NCBI GenBank assembly: GCA_964016885.1
Contig: OZ024743.1
Location: 336,164,001-336,228,000 of the forward strand
From: Eledone cirrhosa
Taxonomy: Eukaryota
Direction: 5' to 3'
DNA length: 64,000 bases
How positions within the stretch are numbered: position 1 is the stretch's first letter; the number at the start of each line of letters is the position of its first letter. Shown here in pieces: positions 43,717-57,361 of the stretch. The translations under genes were made by a program, and so were the position numbers. The notes under the pieces are model-generated. The model was not told the DNA's origin. It made no database searches and was given only the letters and a program-made list of their open reading frames with translations.

Positions 43717-45728
43717 TTACTTACCTTCCGGGCTCTTGTGAAGGTCGGGTTGTTCGACCTCCATAGTTGGTGGGGTTTCTTTTGGGAACCCCTTTAAAAG
43801 TCTTGAAGTGGGTTTTACGTTCGGGGTTCCCACGTCCCGAGGAAAGCTGTCTCGTATTTCTTTGAATATGTCGAGCGACATTCGCACCAGAACCAAATCT
43901 TCCGGCACGCGAAATGTACTCGATTTAACAATTTCCCCCTCTTTTTGTATATTTTCACTTCGTGCTACGAGGGCCATCAGTTCCTTGTTGGCCCTCCTGA
44001 CGAGCACGAAGTTTTGTATGTTTTGTTGGTGTGATTTTATTTGTTTGCGTGGTTGTGGTGGTGATGGTTTTGGAGGTGTTGTTTCTGTTGTATCTGTGTT
44101 TGTTGTGAGTGAGGTGTCTGTGGTTTCAGATGTTTGTGTGTATATTTGTTCTTGCGTCTGTTTCGGTTGTTTGCGTTTGGGGGATTCTGGTGATGGTGAT
44201 GGTGGTGTTGATGTTGGTGTTATTGGAGAGATGTTTGCGTGAGTGGTGTCTGCGATTTTTATTGTGGGTGCTTTTGTGCTTTGTTGAGTTTTTTCTTTCT
44301 TTTCGTGTTTCCTATTTTTATTTTGGGGGATTTTGGTTTTCCCACATTTTCACTACTGGTAGATGACGGGTCTGTGTCTGTAAGTGTGTCTGTATATATC
44401 TTTATGGTTTTGTTGGTGTGTGTATTTTTTGGGGGAGGGGGAATTTGACAGCTTTCCTCGTTTTACCCCTGGGTGGTCAATGTTGGTGGTGGTCTTTCTA
44501 TTGATGTTGTTGTTGGTGGTTTTGCCGGTGCTGGTGTTGGTTGTGGTCCTCGCCCCGGCGTCGACAGCAGTGGAGCCTTTCGACCCCTTGCCTCTTTCAG
44601 CAGTTGAGGGCAGAAGGCTCTCAAATTGGTTTTTTTTTCCACAAACAAAACACTGCGGCCTTTTGCCTTCGATCATAATGTGAATGACCGTCCCATTCTA
44701 AAGGCGGATGTGGTCCGGGATTGTCTTCACATTCTCGGGCCTGATCTGGAGAAGGATCTCCAGGTCAACCCCGGACTAGGCCTCTCTGGCCGTTCTGGTC
44801 ACTTCTATAGGGACGGTATCCGTCCCCTCCACAATCACACATCCCAAAAGCCACCATATGTCAAGTCCTGGTGGGATTCTGGGAATGCGGAGACGGGCTG
44901 TTCTTTTTCCCATGTGGGAGTGGTACATTATGACCTTGCTGGTTTTGCAAGGAGTCATAGTGTGTTTCATAGCGATGGCTTCTGACTTGAACAACACCGA
45001 AATGGTGCCGTACTGTCTGCCCCTCTCTATGTACTGGGTGTCTTCTCTGATGTACCTCAGCGCGACTTCGACATCTTCTTGTGGGATTAACGCTGCCCTT
45101 TTGGTTTGTGCTGAGATGCATCTATAATGCACCGTTTTGCGCTCCACTGCCTCAATAGCTTCTACCGGGAGAGTTACGTTGGCCCAAGTTTGCTCTTGCT
45201 TGATGAGCTTCCATGCCTGGGCCAACTTTTCATCTTTGTTTGAGAGGTCCATGTTGAAGCATGGCCTCTTTTTTGCTGCTGCCGCAGCAAAAGTGTTCTT
45301 CTTGTTTTCGTTGGGGATGTTGTTGTCGTTGTTCTTGTTGGTGTTTTTGTTAGCACTGTCGCTGTTATCATTGTTGTCTTTGTTGCTACCGTTGTTCTCG
45401 GTGCAGTTGGTATTGTTGCTATTGGTGTTTTCGCTATTTGTTTTCATGTTAGTGGTGTTGATATTGTTGTTGTATTTGTTATTTTTTCTTTTTTGTTATC
45501 TGTATTTTCGTTGTCGCTGTTACTGTCATTTTTTTCAAAATTAGAGTTCTCATTGGTATCATTGGTGTCTTTGTTTACCTTGTTTGTGGTGGTGTTTGTG
45601 TTATCAATGTGTGTTAATTTCGCTGTAGCGCTCCTCTCAACTTCTACGTTGTTGTCGCATGACAGCCGACATATCGCTGGGGGGCGTAGCTCAGCTATGT
45701 TTTTTTTTCTTCGTAAATTTTTTAACAT
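43717..45728 (-). pseudogene. LINE ORF1 (gag-like, N/T-rich, zinc knuckle), disrupted
   Basis: Consecutive minus ORFs 45444-45728, 44776-45447, 44353-44676 (PQCFVCGKKN) and 43717-44007, directly upstream of ORF2. Confidence 0.7.
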
Positions 45729-45921
45729 GTATAAAAAAGTTCAAATATTTGGGCCAAAAGGCCCAAATATAGTTTCCCCTTCACGGGGCAAAGTCTAAGG
45801 GCTTATATCCCTTACACAACAAGAAATATTTAACAACAAATAATTTTAACAGGCAAATAAAGCGACTTACTGGGAGCGAGCCAAAAAGACGTCCGAACAG
45901 ACCAATAATAATAATAATAAT

Positions 45922-46139
45922 ATCTCAAAGAATTTCCAAGGATGGTTAAAGAAGATTTGTCCAGGCCCCTTTTTGGAACACCTCAAAGGCGTGCTTGCTG
46001 GGAAGAGCAAGAACCTTCCGATAGGTCCTGAATGTCTGAGGCTACAGGTTGCTGCTTGATATTCATTTCAACAAACTTTCCAGATAGATAACATCAATGA
46101 CTGAGACTCAAAGAACATTAATAATAATAATGATAATAA
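45922..46139 (+). mobile_element. 3' end of an RLE (R4/Dong-like) LINE with TAA tail
   Basis: Translates to ACLLGRARTFR*VL, typical of the RLE LINE C-terminus; followed by (TAA)n. Confidence 0.6.
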
Positions 46140-46181
46140 GTAAAAGGAACGAAGTATCAATATAGCATCCTTATGTTTATT

Positions 46182-46274
46182 CACTTGTGACGCGCGTTTC
46201 GCTATCAAACAGCTCACTGTACAATCTTTATCAACTGGGCCCGACTCTGGAGTCGGTAGCTCATCAGATTTGTG
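46182..46274 (-). ncRNA. Type I hammerhead, helix I partly mismatched
   Basis: Minus strand CTGATGA-GCTA...TAGC-GAAAC-gcgc-GTC..AATAAA. Confidence 0.75.
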
Positions 46275-46300
46275 GATTATTTAATGAATATATATATATA

Positions 46301-46641
46301 TTAAATTGAAAAATTCGAGTTAAAATCTCACAATCATCCCCTGTAATTTAATGGGCTCAAAGAACAGATTTCCGGGGTCTTTATAAATCACCATATTGAG
46401 AGAAATACCCATAGATATATGTGTTCAATCATAGGGGATCTTCATTTTATAGCGAAACATGTTCTAATTTGAACATGTCCGAATGTTATAGTTATAAGTG
46501 GATGCTTAGCACGCTTTAATTTATTCTTTAATTGTATTCCCCATTCCTTCCGTATTTAATATATTCGTCACAGTGGTGGTTGTATATACCCTATGATTGA
46601 ACACATATATCTATGTATATTTCTCTCTATATGGTGATTTA
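46301..46641. mobile_element. TA-flanked cassette with inverted arms and tail
   Basis: 46383-46436 inverted against 46588-46641. Confidence 0.7.
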
Positions 46642-46861
46642 TATATATGTATATATAGTATTAAGGATACTATTTATGGTTATTTATATACTAAAACCTT
46701 TTATAGTTATATATATTTTAAACCCTAAACAGTGAAAGACAGTAATTTATTACTACCTTATTACCAGTAAGATAAATAGCTCAATGTAATAACATCAGTT
46801 GTTCTACGGAGCAGTTATATAGAAATTACATGAATCAAAGTTCTGTTTAAACCATTTATTA

Positions 46862-46906
46862 GCTTACAATTGTTTCGTCCAAACCGAGGTTTGGAGTCTT
46901 CGGAGC
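46862..46906 (-). ncRNA. Type I hammerhead (U4C variant)
   Basis: Minus strand GCT-CCGAAGA-cTCCAAACC-tc-GGTTTGGAc-GAAAC-aatt-GTA-AGC-tAATAAA. Confidence 0.75.
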
Positions 46907-47508
46907 AATTTTTCAATTATTGTTTACATACATGACCTCCTTTTCAACACAAGAGACATACAGAAACATATGTATATATTGATGCACAGTGGGTTGACAT
47001 CCATTATAATATTTAGCATGGCAATTTACATTCAAAGATTAAAGTCATATCAAAGAACAAAATTAAAGTTAAAATACAACATTGGCAGTTTACCAAGATA
47101 AAGCAAGAGGATAGTTTGCAGTAGTTAGTGTATGCAATAGTTACACATGTGGCATGCACGTGTGTCTTGTTTATATAAGATTATAGTGCGGCAGGGTGTA
47201 ATATGTAATACAATCACTTTAAGCGGGCAATCAAGAGTATTATGGGGGTTGTATTGGTAAAGTATTTTTTTATATGTATGATATAGAAGCTTGTGTGTAG
47301 AGAAATATAAAAAATATTAAAAATGTGAAGCAAAATATTTTAATATTTTTAATATTTTTAATATCCATGAGAAGAGCAAGCAATCAGCTCATATCGAACT
47401 CAGTCGCCGTGTCTCTGACTGGTGTGTTTTCATATGAGGGAATGAATTCTGTGAGAGAATATCATTATTTTGTCTCCCTCATATCAAGAATTTGAAGACA
47501 ATTCATTT

Positions 47509-47582
47509 TCACCTGATGAGATCAATGATAATCGATCATGGCTTCAAAATCTATCTATCTCTTATTGAAACATGTGTCGTGA
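47509..47582 (+). ncRNA. Type I hammerhead
   Basis: TCAC-CTGATGA...GAAAC-atgt-GTC-GTGA. Confidence 0.75.
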
Positions 47583-47789
47583 TTAAATGATTGGAATTTT
47601 ACCTTGCCTTCGGATTTTCATTTTGATACTTATACTCCGTTTTACATCATCTAGCTGTTCCCTTGGATGGAATTGGAGATATACAAAAGCGTGGAGAACT
47701 TAATATTGCTAACATAAATTTATTGGACCATTTTACACAACCAATTGTGCACCTTACTATATAACAACTATATACATATATATATATAT

Positions 47790-48280
47790 CACCATCATCA
47801 TCATCATCACATTTAATGTCTATTTTTCCATGCCTGTATGGGTTAGATGGACCATCCATGATCCATGTTATAATAGAAGTCTAGCCAGTTGGCTGCACTG
47901 TACCTTGCTCAAACGGGACTGAATTTTGGATGGGAATTTTACAGCTGGATGCCCTTCCGAACACCAATCACAGTTACAGTCTGGAACTGAGTAGTCCTGT
48001 TATGAGACAGGTCAGGCCAAATGATCGCACCATACCATGCACATATCGGGACTGTGTGTTGGCTACATTTTTACAGCTGCTGGATGCCCTTCCTACCGCC
48101 AACCGCGTTTACAGTGTGAAACTGGTTGGCACCGTTATGAGTCAAGTCTAGCCAGTTGACCACGCGATACCTTGCTCAATTTGAACTGTATTTTGGCTAG
48201 GATTTTTACAGCTGATGCCCTTCCGAACACCAACCACATTTACAGCGTGGGTCTGGATGGTTCCATTATGAGGCAAGTTC
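47790..48280 (-). repeat. Retroposon tail with (GAT)n and three ~140 bp tandem subunits
   Basis: TTTTACAGCTGGATGCCCTTCC recurs three times; CAT repeats at ~47792. Confidence 0.6.
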
Positions 48281-48909
48281 TGATAGTAGTAAACTCAGAG
48301 TACATAAATAATTTACATAAAACATTTCTTTATTACAGATGAGAACACTACATACAAGGGTCACCTGTGATTGTTGTTAGATGTATAATAATGGGTTAGT
48401 GACAATAATCTAACAAGAACAGCAACAACAACCACAACAACAAGCAGCCGAAATTTCCACTAATGTTCAGCGAACTCAATATTACCAATTTCTGGTAGTT
48501 GTAGTAATCCTATAACAACAGCAACAACAGCAACAACCACAACAATACTAATGCTCAGCTAAATCAATATTATCAATTTCTGATACTTAGAGACACGTAT
48601 TAATTAAAACGTTAATTTTCTCTAATACTTAGACAACTCAATGAATGGATAGAATATATAGATGAATATCACTCAGAGAAGTAATTAATGACATTAAACA
48701 TGCCAAAATATGAATTTAGGGGAGTATAAGTCAGATCGACTAAAATGAATTAGTCTAACTCGTATATTCGTCTCCCCACCACGGTTTCGGCAACGAAATG
48801 ATCGGTATCATTTATCATTTAATATCACCTCTTATTCCAAAGAGGTCTTACCTGATGACAGAACTAGTTCTTCCTATATACATATACGTATGTGTGCATG
48901 TAGTATACA

Positions 48910-48977
<68 letters not shown>

Positions 48978-49834
48978 CTGTTACACTCACAAACAGAAAA
49001 TCATAGAAAATGTTTGAGAGTGGATGGTTAAATATACACGGGAAGAAAAGTTAACTAATATTGGAGAGGAGAAATTGAAAGAGGGTAGAGACGAAATTTA
49101 AATAATTCAAGAAAACAATTAATAAAGTAAGATTAAAAGGTGCTCAGAATGTTGCAAAGGGAAATTATTATAAACTCAATGAACTGTCCTTCTGAAAATC
49201 CTTTCTGACAATGAAAGAGAATTGCCATCAATTTTACCTTTACGTGTAATTTGTTTCCTGATTTGGATTAAAAAATCTTTTTTTATCATGTTTTGTTGAA
49301 GATATCTGCTATTTCTTTAAATGTGATAAAACTTTGAATTTTGATTTCATTTATAATAATATGTATTGTACAATTGATAACAGGTTAACCATGGAATACA
49401 ATGAAATGGAAAGACATAATGGTAATCATCAAAAGGGAAAAAGAATAAAAAAGGAATTTAACAAAAGTAAAAACAGAATATATAAAATTAGAAATGAAAG
49501 AGTTGTCCCCATATGTATTGTATTAATTCACATAACCAACCGACTATCACAGGTGAATACATTTTGATGGAAGAAATAACAGCGTAGCATCTGTATTGCA
49601 GATTAGTATTATAACTTTTGGTTCGCAGTGCCTCTCATAACGGACGTAATGGCCTTTTGGAGTTCTTCATTTTGAGACACTTGGCCTAAGCTAACATACA
49701 TACATACGTACGTATATACATTCATACGTACACACATACGTACGTACATACATACGTACATACGAACATACATAAATACATAAACGCATGTATATTTATA
49801 TGTATGAATGTATGTATATATGTATGTATATATG

Positions 49835-50140
49835 TTTCTCTTTCTCTTAATTTCGAGTACATTTTTGACCGGCCACCTTCCTGGTGGCAAAGTTGTAAAA
49901 GAAAAGAAATTGTCATCCTTGAATCGCAAGAATGTTTTGCAAATTTTTAAGGTGCCAGCTATCGCAGCCATTTGTAGTCTAGGAATTAGGGAGCTGCGTT
50001 CTTTGTCCACAAATCCAAGTTCAGGCATTCTTGGTCCAACCGGGTGGGAATATAATCTGTAGCTCCAACAATGATGGGTATAAAGCTGAAGGTGTATCTT
50101 GGATACTGGATCTGCAAACTTCTCATCAATGGTCCGTATG
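49835..50140 (-). mobile_element. 3' fragment of RLE LINE (same family as 39165)
   Basis: YGPLMRSLQIQYPRYTFSFIPIIVGA; LQMAAIAGTLKICKTFL; 3' end runs into CATA repeats. Confidence 0.8.
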
Positions 50141-50251
50141 TATATATGTATGTAAGGGTCGAAGCATTTGTTTGAGGAGGGTCTCTTCTCTGAAGACCGT
50201 CTACTGTCCAGCTCTTCTGAGAGTTTCTTACCACTCTTACCACCAATATAT

Positions 50252-50333
<82 letters not shown>

Positions 50334-50409
50334 GTGTGTATGTGTGTGTGTGGAGGGGTGTAGGAGTGTATCTTATATATACGGGCCAATACTGGCTGGA
50401 ACCCATCAA

Positions 50410-50489
<80 letters not shown>

Positions 50490-50931
50490 GACAGACAAGT
50501 AGATAGTCCACTAGTGTGTCTACATATTGTGAACTCATATATTAGAGATGTCTGCTGTCTGTCATTATATGACTCTTTCCTATTGCTGATCAATATACAT
50601 ACGATTTGACAACTAGAGGATTAAACACTATTGCTTTCAAAGAAATCAATAATCATAAAAGAAAATTTACCACCGATCAAAATTTCAAATAATATTTGCT
50701 CTTCTCTCAAAATATTATTTCTGCTTTAATTTTTGTTTTTTGTTTTCTTTGTTGATAAAATCAAAGCATGTATTGCTGATTTTAAGGAAAATATTGTTCC
50801 TTATATCACTTATAAATCAATAATATTATTATAGATAGACGAATATAAAAAGCTTATTTTACCATTATCATCTCTGTTATTTTTTTCATCATATTTTCAA
50901 GTTTTATGCAAGTTTCAAATATGTAACTGCA

Positions 50932-51130
50932 AGGACGCGTGGCTTAGTGGTTAGGGTGGTTGGCTTACGATCTTAAAGTTGTGAGTTCGATTGGTGGCGG
51001 TGCGTTATGTCATTGAGCAAGACACTTTATTTCATGTTACTCCGGACCAATCAACTGGCAAAAATGTGTTTTACCTGTAATTCAAAGAACCGGTCTCGTT
51101 AAACTGTCTGTGTCATGCCGAATCTCCCCG
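50932..51130 (+). mobile_element. tRNA-derived CORE-like SINE
   Basis: GTGGCTTAGTGGTTAGG A box, GAGTTCGATT B box, TTGAGCAAGACACTTTATTTCA core; minus copy at 55255-55380. Confidence 0.75.
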
Positions 51131-51145
51131 AGATTCAGCGTTAAT

Positions 51146-51483
51146 AACGTTTATCCACTCTTATAAGACAGCTCATATTACTTTTCCTTTTAAAAAAAGC
51201 ACTAGAGCTTATTTTCGGGGTCGGTCTTATATTTTTACAAAAAAATAACAGCCCAAGTGTTTTGATAAAAACATCATTATTTGATAAAAGGATATATATT
51301 ATAGAGTTAAAAGTAATATCATTAAACTAATGTACTATATTAGTTATCAGAAAGACTCTGGAAATTAATTTTTCCCACAAAAATGCCTTAGGGCTTATAT
51401 GTGTAGGGATTATCTTGGACAGCAACATAAAACTCGTGCTAGGGATTATTTTTGGAGGAGGTCTTATATTAGGGAAAACACGA
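51146..51483. mobile_element. Possible Tc1/pogo-type MITE
   Basis: Imperfect TIRs CGTTTATCCACTCTTATAAGAC and GTCTTATATTAGGGAAAACACG; internal CTAG(A/G)G.TTATTTT repeats. Confidence 0.5.
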
Positions 51484-51825
51484 TTCGTACCTCCGTGTTA
51501 TCAGGTGTGTGTAACATTGTCGCCTGACAATTATTCTATTACTCTATTATGTGTTACAGCCGACAGTTGGAGGCCACGCAGGGTCACCGCTATTGATGCT
51601 AGAGTGTTCTATAGCCAGCTGATGCAAAAGGGAGTTTGTTGCTGCCACCCTTATTTGCGCCTCGCCTCATGCTCTGGGTTCATCTGGAATCCTACTCAGC
51701 AGCATGTCAATATACTTTTTGAAAACTTCTACACGCACAGCACGTAGATCTCTCAGATTTTCAGGCATCTTTTCGGATGATTTATTTTTTCAAGTTCTAT
51801 GTGTATTTCGCCCTTTTATGTAGTA

Positions 51826-52728
51826 CTAGCATTAAAGCCCGGCGTTGCTCGGGGTCATTAAGTTACCAAAGTTAGGTTGCACCACCCATTTTATGGCAGC
51901 ACTTTTTTGTCTGCCAGGCACTGGGTGAATGAATTGCAGACCTGGAAGCATGAGCTGCGCCACCAGTGACAATTGTAGTTTCGCCTATGGATATTATCTC
52001 TGTCCAAAAAAGTGTTGAAATTTATTGTTTCACAGTACTTGCGCAACACGCACGTAGATGATGCCAACCGAACAACAGAGCTGCGATGGAGTTGTTCTGC
52101 ATGGTTGTCTGTGTGTTTTCTAAATTTAAGACAGTAGGGAGGGTTGTGATATGAGGGAGAGTTAGCTGTTGTTTCTAGCAGGTTTAGTGACCTCATAGAG
52201 GATATGTGTTTTCTAAATTTAAGACAGTAGGGAGTGGTGTGATATGGGGGAGAGTTAGCTGCTGTTTCTAGCAGGTTTAGTAACCTCATAGAAGATATGT
52301 TTTCTAAATTTAAGACAGTAGGGAGTGGTGTGGGGAGGGGTGTGATATGGGGGAGAGTTAGCTGCTGTTTCTAGCAGGTTTAGTAACCTCATAGAGGATA
52401 TGTGTTTTCTAAATTTAAGACAGTAGGGAGTGGTGTGAACGGACAGTATCACCATCAAGCTTGGAAAGAGAAAGTAGCAGAAAGTATGAAGTTGTATAGA
52501 TTTTGAATGGTAGTTGAAAGAGTTTAGCCGTTTAAATGAGAGAGAAAAATCGTAAAATATTGAGTTTTATCTATTTTTTGCGTAATTGTGGGTGAAATTG
52601 AAAAGATTATCTGCGTCAAGACGCAATCGAAACTATTTCGAATTCTGAATTGTAAATTTCAATTGAAGAAATTCTATATCGTAGATTTCTATAACGAAGG
52701 AGCATGACAACACACTGAGCTTTATAGA
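51826..52728 (-). mobile_element. Non-autonomous Helitron with internal ~95 bp tandem repeats
   Basis: Minus strand A|TCTATAAAG...CCCGAGCAACGCCGGG..CTAG|T; repeats at 52110-52436. Confidence 0.75.
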
Positions 52729-52749
52729 TTATGATATATGCAATGTTAA

Positions 52750-54005
52750 GGTGGAGAATTAGCAAAGTCATAATACTTTACGGTATGTGTTCCGGTTTTT
52801 TGCACTTTCGTACATCGCTGATATTAATGTTACCTTTCATCCTTTTGAGGTCTGTGAATAAACTACCAGTCAAATCTTAGGATCAATTTTTCCTGTATTA
52901 CCCCCCCCCCCTCTCTCTCTCTCTCTTTATTTTTTTATTTCTTCTCTGAAATGTGGCACTCTGAGTAATCCTTTCAGCCCTGCAATGCTTTTTATGATGT
53001 TCTAAAAATAAAAATTACATGTGTTCAATTTTTATGAAACTGTTTTTCCATTCATATCCCGCACCCTGCTGATTAAAATTTCAAGAACCCGGTGATGGCA
53101 AGTGCATTATCTTTCAGTTCAGTTTTCATTATTAATAATATCAATTCGGTCGATTAACAGTATTGGTAGAGGGTCAGACACCATGTTTTGCGATAGATAG
53201 TTACTTTCCATAACTTTCTGATTTAAAATCCCGTTCAGGTTAGCTTTGCCTTTTATCCTTAAGGGGTCGATAAAATAAAGTACTGGGTATGCATTGGTGA
53301 GATTTAATCAACTTTCCTCCCCTGCAAAATGTTTGGCCTTGTGTTTAAATCAGAAACCAGTATTAATATAAAACTGAGGTCGATGGATTAGCAGTATCGG
53401 TAGAGTGTCGGACAACATGATTTGTAGTATATACGTTCCTTAACGTTTTGAGCTCAAATCCCGCTGAAGTTGGCTTTGCTTTTCATACTTATGGGGTCGA
53501 TAAAATAAGTACCAGTAACGCACTGAGGTGGTTATAATCGACTTTCACCTCCCTCCAAAATTGTTGACCTTGTGTCTAAATCAGAAACCTTTATTAATCT
53601 GATTCCTCTGTTGTACTCTTTTCTAATGTGCTCTTCCGTTTCTTCAGTTGTGTCTTATCGGTTTAATCTCCTCGTGCTTATTCCTACGGAACATTCTGAA
53701 CTAACCCTCGGATTTTCATGTCTGTTTCTAATTTAAACATCATGTACATCACCATCATGATCCTCATCATGATCCTCATCATCATCATCATCGTTGTCAT
53801 CTTTATGGTAGATTAGCAGTATCGGTAGAGCGTAGGAAAAGATGCTTTACGGCATAAAGTTACGGCCTTTTACGCTCTGAGTTCAAATTCCGCTGAGGTT
53901 AGCTTTGCCTTTCATCCTTACGAGTTCGATAAAATAAAGTACCAGTAATGCACTGAGACCGATTTAATCGACTTCCCTTCTCCTAAAATTGTTGGCCTTG
54001 TGCAG
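52750..54005 (+). mobile_element. Cluster of four co-oriented SINE copies (~52750, 53150, 53385, 53810)
   Basis: Each carries a variant of GATTAGCAGTATCGGTAGAG..CCTTTCATCCTT..GATAAAATAAAGTACCAG. Confidence 0.8.
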
Positions 54006-55254
54006 AAATTATAATTATTCTTTTGCTATCACCTTTGTAACTTCCTATTACCGAAGTTGTTGTTTTTTTACTTTTTATTTTGCTGCTGCTGCTGCTGCTG
54101 CTGTTGTTGTTGTTGTTGTTTTTGTTGTTGTTGTTATTGTTGGTGGTGGTGGTGTTGATGCTGTCGTTGTTGTTGTTGTTGTTGATATTGTGGTATGCAC
54201 TTCGGAATATTCTTTATTTGCCAAGATAAAATCGAAACAGCGAAGTTTTAAAAAGGTTTCCACTTCATTTAAATGCAGATGAGAAATTAAAAGAAATTTT
54301 TGAACATTAAACATTGCTGAAATAGTTATGTCTGATCTTTCTTCTAGACTGATTTATTATTGAGACTGATTCGTTTCCAAATAGATATGTGTATTTTTTT
54401 CGTTGTTGTGTGTGTGTGTGTTTGTGTGTTTTTGTTGCTTATTTACCTAAATCAGCAATTTTGAATTTTCACCGTCAAAACGAATCTTAGTGTTCTATTT
54501 CCATTAATAGCTAATGTTTCGCTTTTTATGTTTCAATTTACGAATGGTTTCCTGATATATTTGTAAATTAAAGTTGTATTGAAAAAAAATATAAATATTT
54601 AGCTTCTGTAAATATGACAGTCAGTTATTTGGTTCATATTTAGTTGTCGAACGATAAAGCCATTAGAAATGTAGTTGTTCCTGTTGCTGTTGTTATTACA
54701 ATCAATCTGAGAATTGTGTTGTTTAATTTTTGTACACAATCACTTTCTATGTGATTTCATTTTCTGTGAAATTGATATGGAAGTTTAAAGATAACTTCTT
54801 CAATTGATAGAAGTGCTTTCATACCATTATCAAAAGTTAACCATAGAAATCTATTTTCAGAATATAGAAATAAATTTTGTGTTCTGCATTTTAACAACTT
54901 CTCTTTGTCACAATAATGTCTCATATGGACACAAAAAATATATAATTGTAATGAATGAACGGAATACAAAATAGCCTCCAGTAAGATTTAAAATCAGATA
55001 ATAGCAAAACAGATTAAATACAGAATACCCTCTTTGAAACATAATCCATTAAGCCTGATGAAATTTGAGTTAAAGGTGTAGAATAGATTCACCCAAACTT
55101 TAGATACATTAAGGAAGTGGATTTACCTTGTCCATTGAACACCATTTCTCCGTGATTGAAATCGACAGTCGATCGACTTTCGTCAAATCGGACCGAGGAA
55201 ACAATGTTTCCGTAGGTCTTTCCAATTGCTAATACTATCCATCGGTCGTAACTC

Positions 55255-55380
55255 CAGGTAGAAGGAACAACGTGAAATAAAGTGTCTTGCTCAAGAACAT
55301 AATGCATCGCCCGGACCAGGAATCGAACGCACAACCTCACGATTGCGAATCCAATTCTCTAATCACTCGGCCACACGCAT
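55255..55380 (-). mobile_element. CORE-like SINE 5' part
   Basis: TGAAATAAAGTGTCTTGCTCAAG..GGAATCGAAC..TCACTCGGCCACAC. Confidence 0.75.
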
Positions 55381-55774
55381 TAATTGTGTAGCCTTAATTG
55401 ACGCCTTTCTTTGAATGCAGTGACCTGTCTGTCAAATTACATATCAACATTTTAGGTCCAAACCCTGAATTGATCTTTGAATATTCTAGAACCTTTCAGA
55501 CACGTGACAGCATGTTATAAAACCTAATCAAAATATCAAGTCTTTGAAGAATTTTTTAAATTCTTAAAGGATATATGTCAATCAGATGCCGGTTATGTTC
55601 CTACTAACTTTTCTAGTTATGACTTCTCTTTAAGATGCAATGTATTACGTACTCTTTTGAACCAAGGACTATACATTCCCAATATATATTTATCATATAG
55701 ATTAGCATCCCCTAATACTAACGCCCATACAAATGCACACATCACATTACATTACTTTTATTCTAATTAAACGG

Positions 55775-55935
55775 TGGATTGGCAGTATCGGTAGAGGGTC
55801 GGACGCCATGCTTTACAGCATAGAGTTCAAATCCTGCCGAGGTTAACTTTGCCTTTCATCCTTACGAGGTCGATAAAAGAAAGTACCAGTAATACACTGG
55901 GATAATTGCTGGCCTTGTGCCAAAAGTTGAAACAA
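55775..55935 (+). mobile_element. tRNA-derived SINE with internal deletion
   Basis: Near-identical to 14537-14712. Confidence 0.85.
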
Positions 55936-57361
55936 TTATTTTTATTCTAATAAATATTGGATTTGTGATGTATATTACCTTTTCTTCCCAAATAATAGGA
56001 GGAAATAAGAGAGGAGGAATAAGTGGGAGATGTTGTAATAAGTGTGTGTGTGGGGAGAGGGTGTGCAAATCGGTAATTTTTTCTATTTTGTCTCCATTGA
56101 TTTTTAAAAAAAACAGAATTAGTCGTTTAGTTTACATATTGAGACCCCAATCCATCATATTTATTTGATAACGTATGGGATTTCTAATAATATACTTTTT
56201 TGTCATGTGTAATGTTTTTTAATGTCGCAAGAAAATTGTCACAGGAATGCTACTACTTAAAATAAAATTTAATTGGAGATAGATTAACAAAATTTAATAA
56301 GTGTGGGGAGGGTTGGAATTAGAGAGGGTTGGGCGGGGATCTGGAAATTGAATAAGCGGGTGGTGGGGACGATTATTCGAGACCTGATAGTATGTAGTTA
56401 TGACGTTAAACATATGTAGTGTAAATAAAAAGATAATATCTACAGTTTTCCTTGTGTGTCATATAATAGACTGTTATTTTTAGCGTCAGTGTTTCCTCGC
56501 ATTTACACAAATGTAGTTCTTAGAGAGTTTCAGCGTTACACTGTGTTACAAAGCTAGTCTTTTCAACTTCAGATACAATCCAACCGATAGTCTTCTAAAA
56601 CTGTTTCTGTCTACCAAGTTCACTCCAAAAGTATGGATCAACCCGATGCAATGGTAACTGATGCGTACTCATGATATCAAGCAATGGGATCGGACCCGAG
56701 ACCTAATGAGTGCGAATCGGACCCCTTAACCAAACTGCCATGCTGCGTCCACACCAATTTACAGTCGCAGCTATATCTCTCGCTCTACAAAACACTCTAT
56801 CGATTTTAAATGTGAAGCCAGAGGTTCAAAATCCTAAATGTTGAGTATAACCGTAATACATACAGGATCATTCCAGCGAAAATTGTCTAAAAATATAATA
56901 ATTTGATCCCAGATATATTCAACAATGTGTCAGTGTGGCCAATGAAGGATCATCTATGAAGCTGTGTGTTCTATTAAGAATATAAGACAGAATAGCCAAT
57001 AAGGAATATTCTATGATGGTACGTGGTTTATTCAAAATATATGTCAGAATGGCCAGTAACAAGGATCTTCGGTGTTGTTACGCGTTGATCTTCTATGGTG
57101 TCACGTGTTCTATTAAAACAATCATCAGTATGACCAATAAGGAATCTTATATGGGGTTATGTGGTTTATTAAATATAGCAACTTAATTGCTCTTAAAATA
57201 CCTTGTACCGTCTTAAATAAGGAACGATAGAAGTATAATACTTCACTGGTTTAATCACAGGGAACACACGGTATTTGCTAATGATAATGTCAAGTTTTCA
57301 ATATTCCATATATAACTTTCATTCTTCTCACACAGAAAAAGATTTTGTCGAGATACTATAA

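Larger units (their letters stand above)
40029..45903 (-). mobile_element. Near full-length Tx1/L1-clade LINE inserted in (AAT)n
   Basis: ORF1 and ORF2 on minus, AATAAA near 40035-40040, (AAT)n at both flanks (40008-40028; 45904-45921). Confidence 0.9.
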
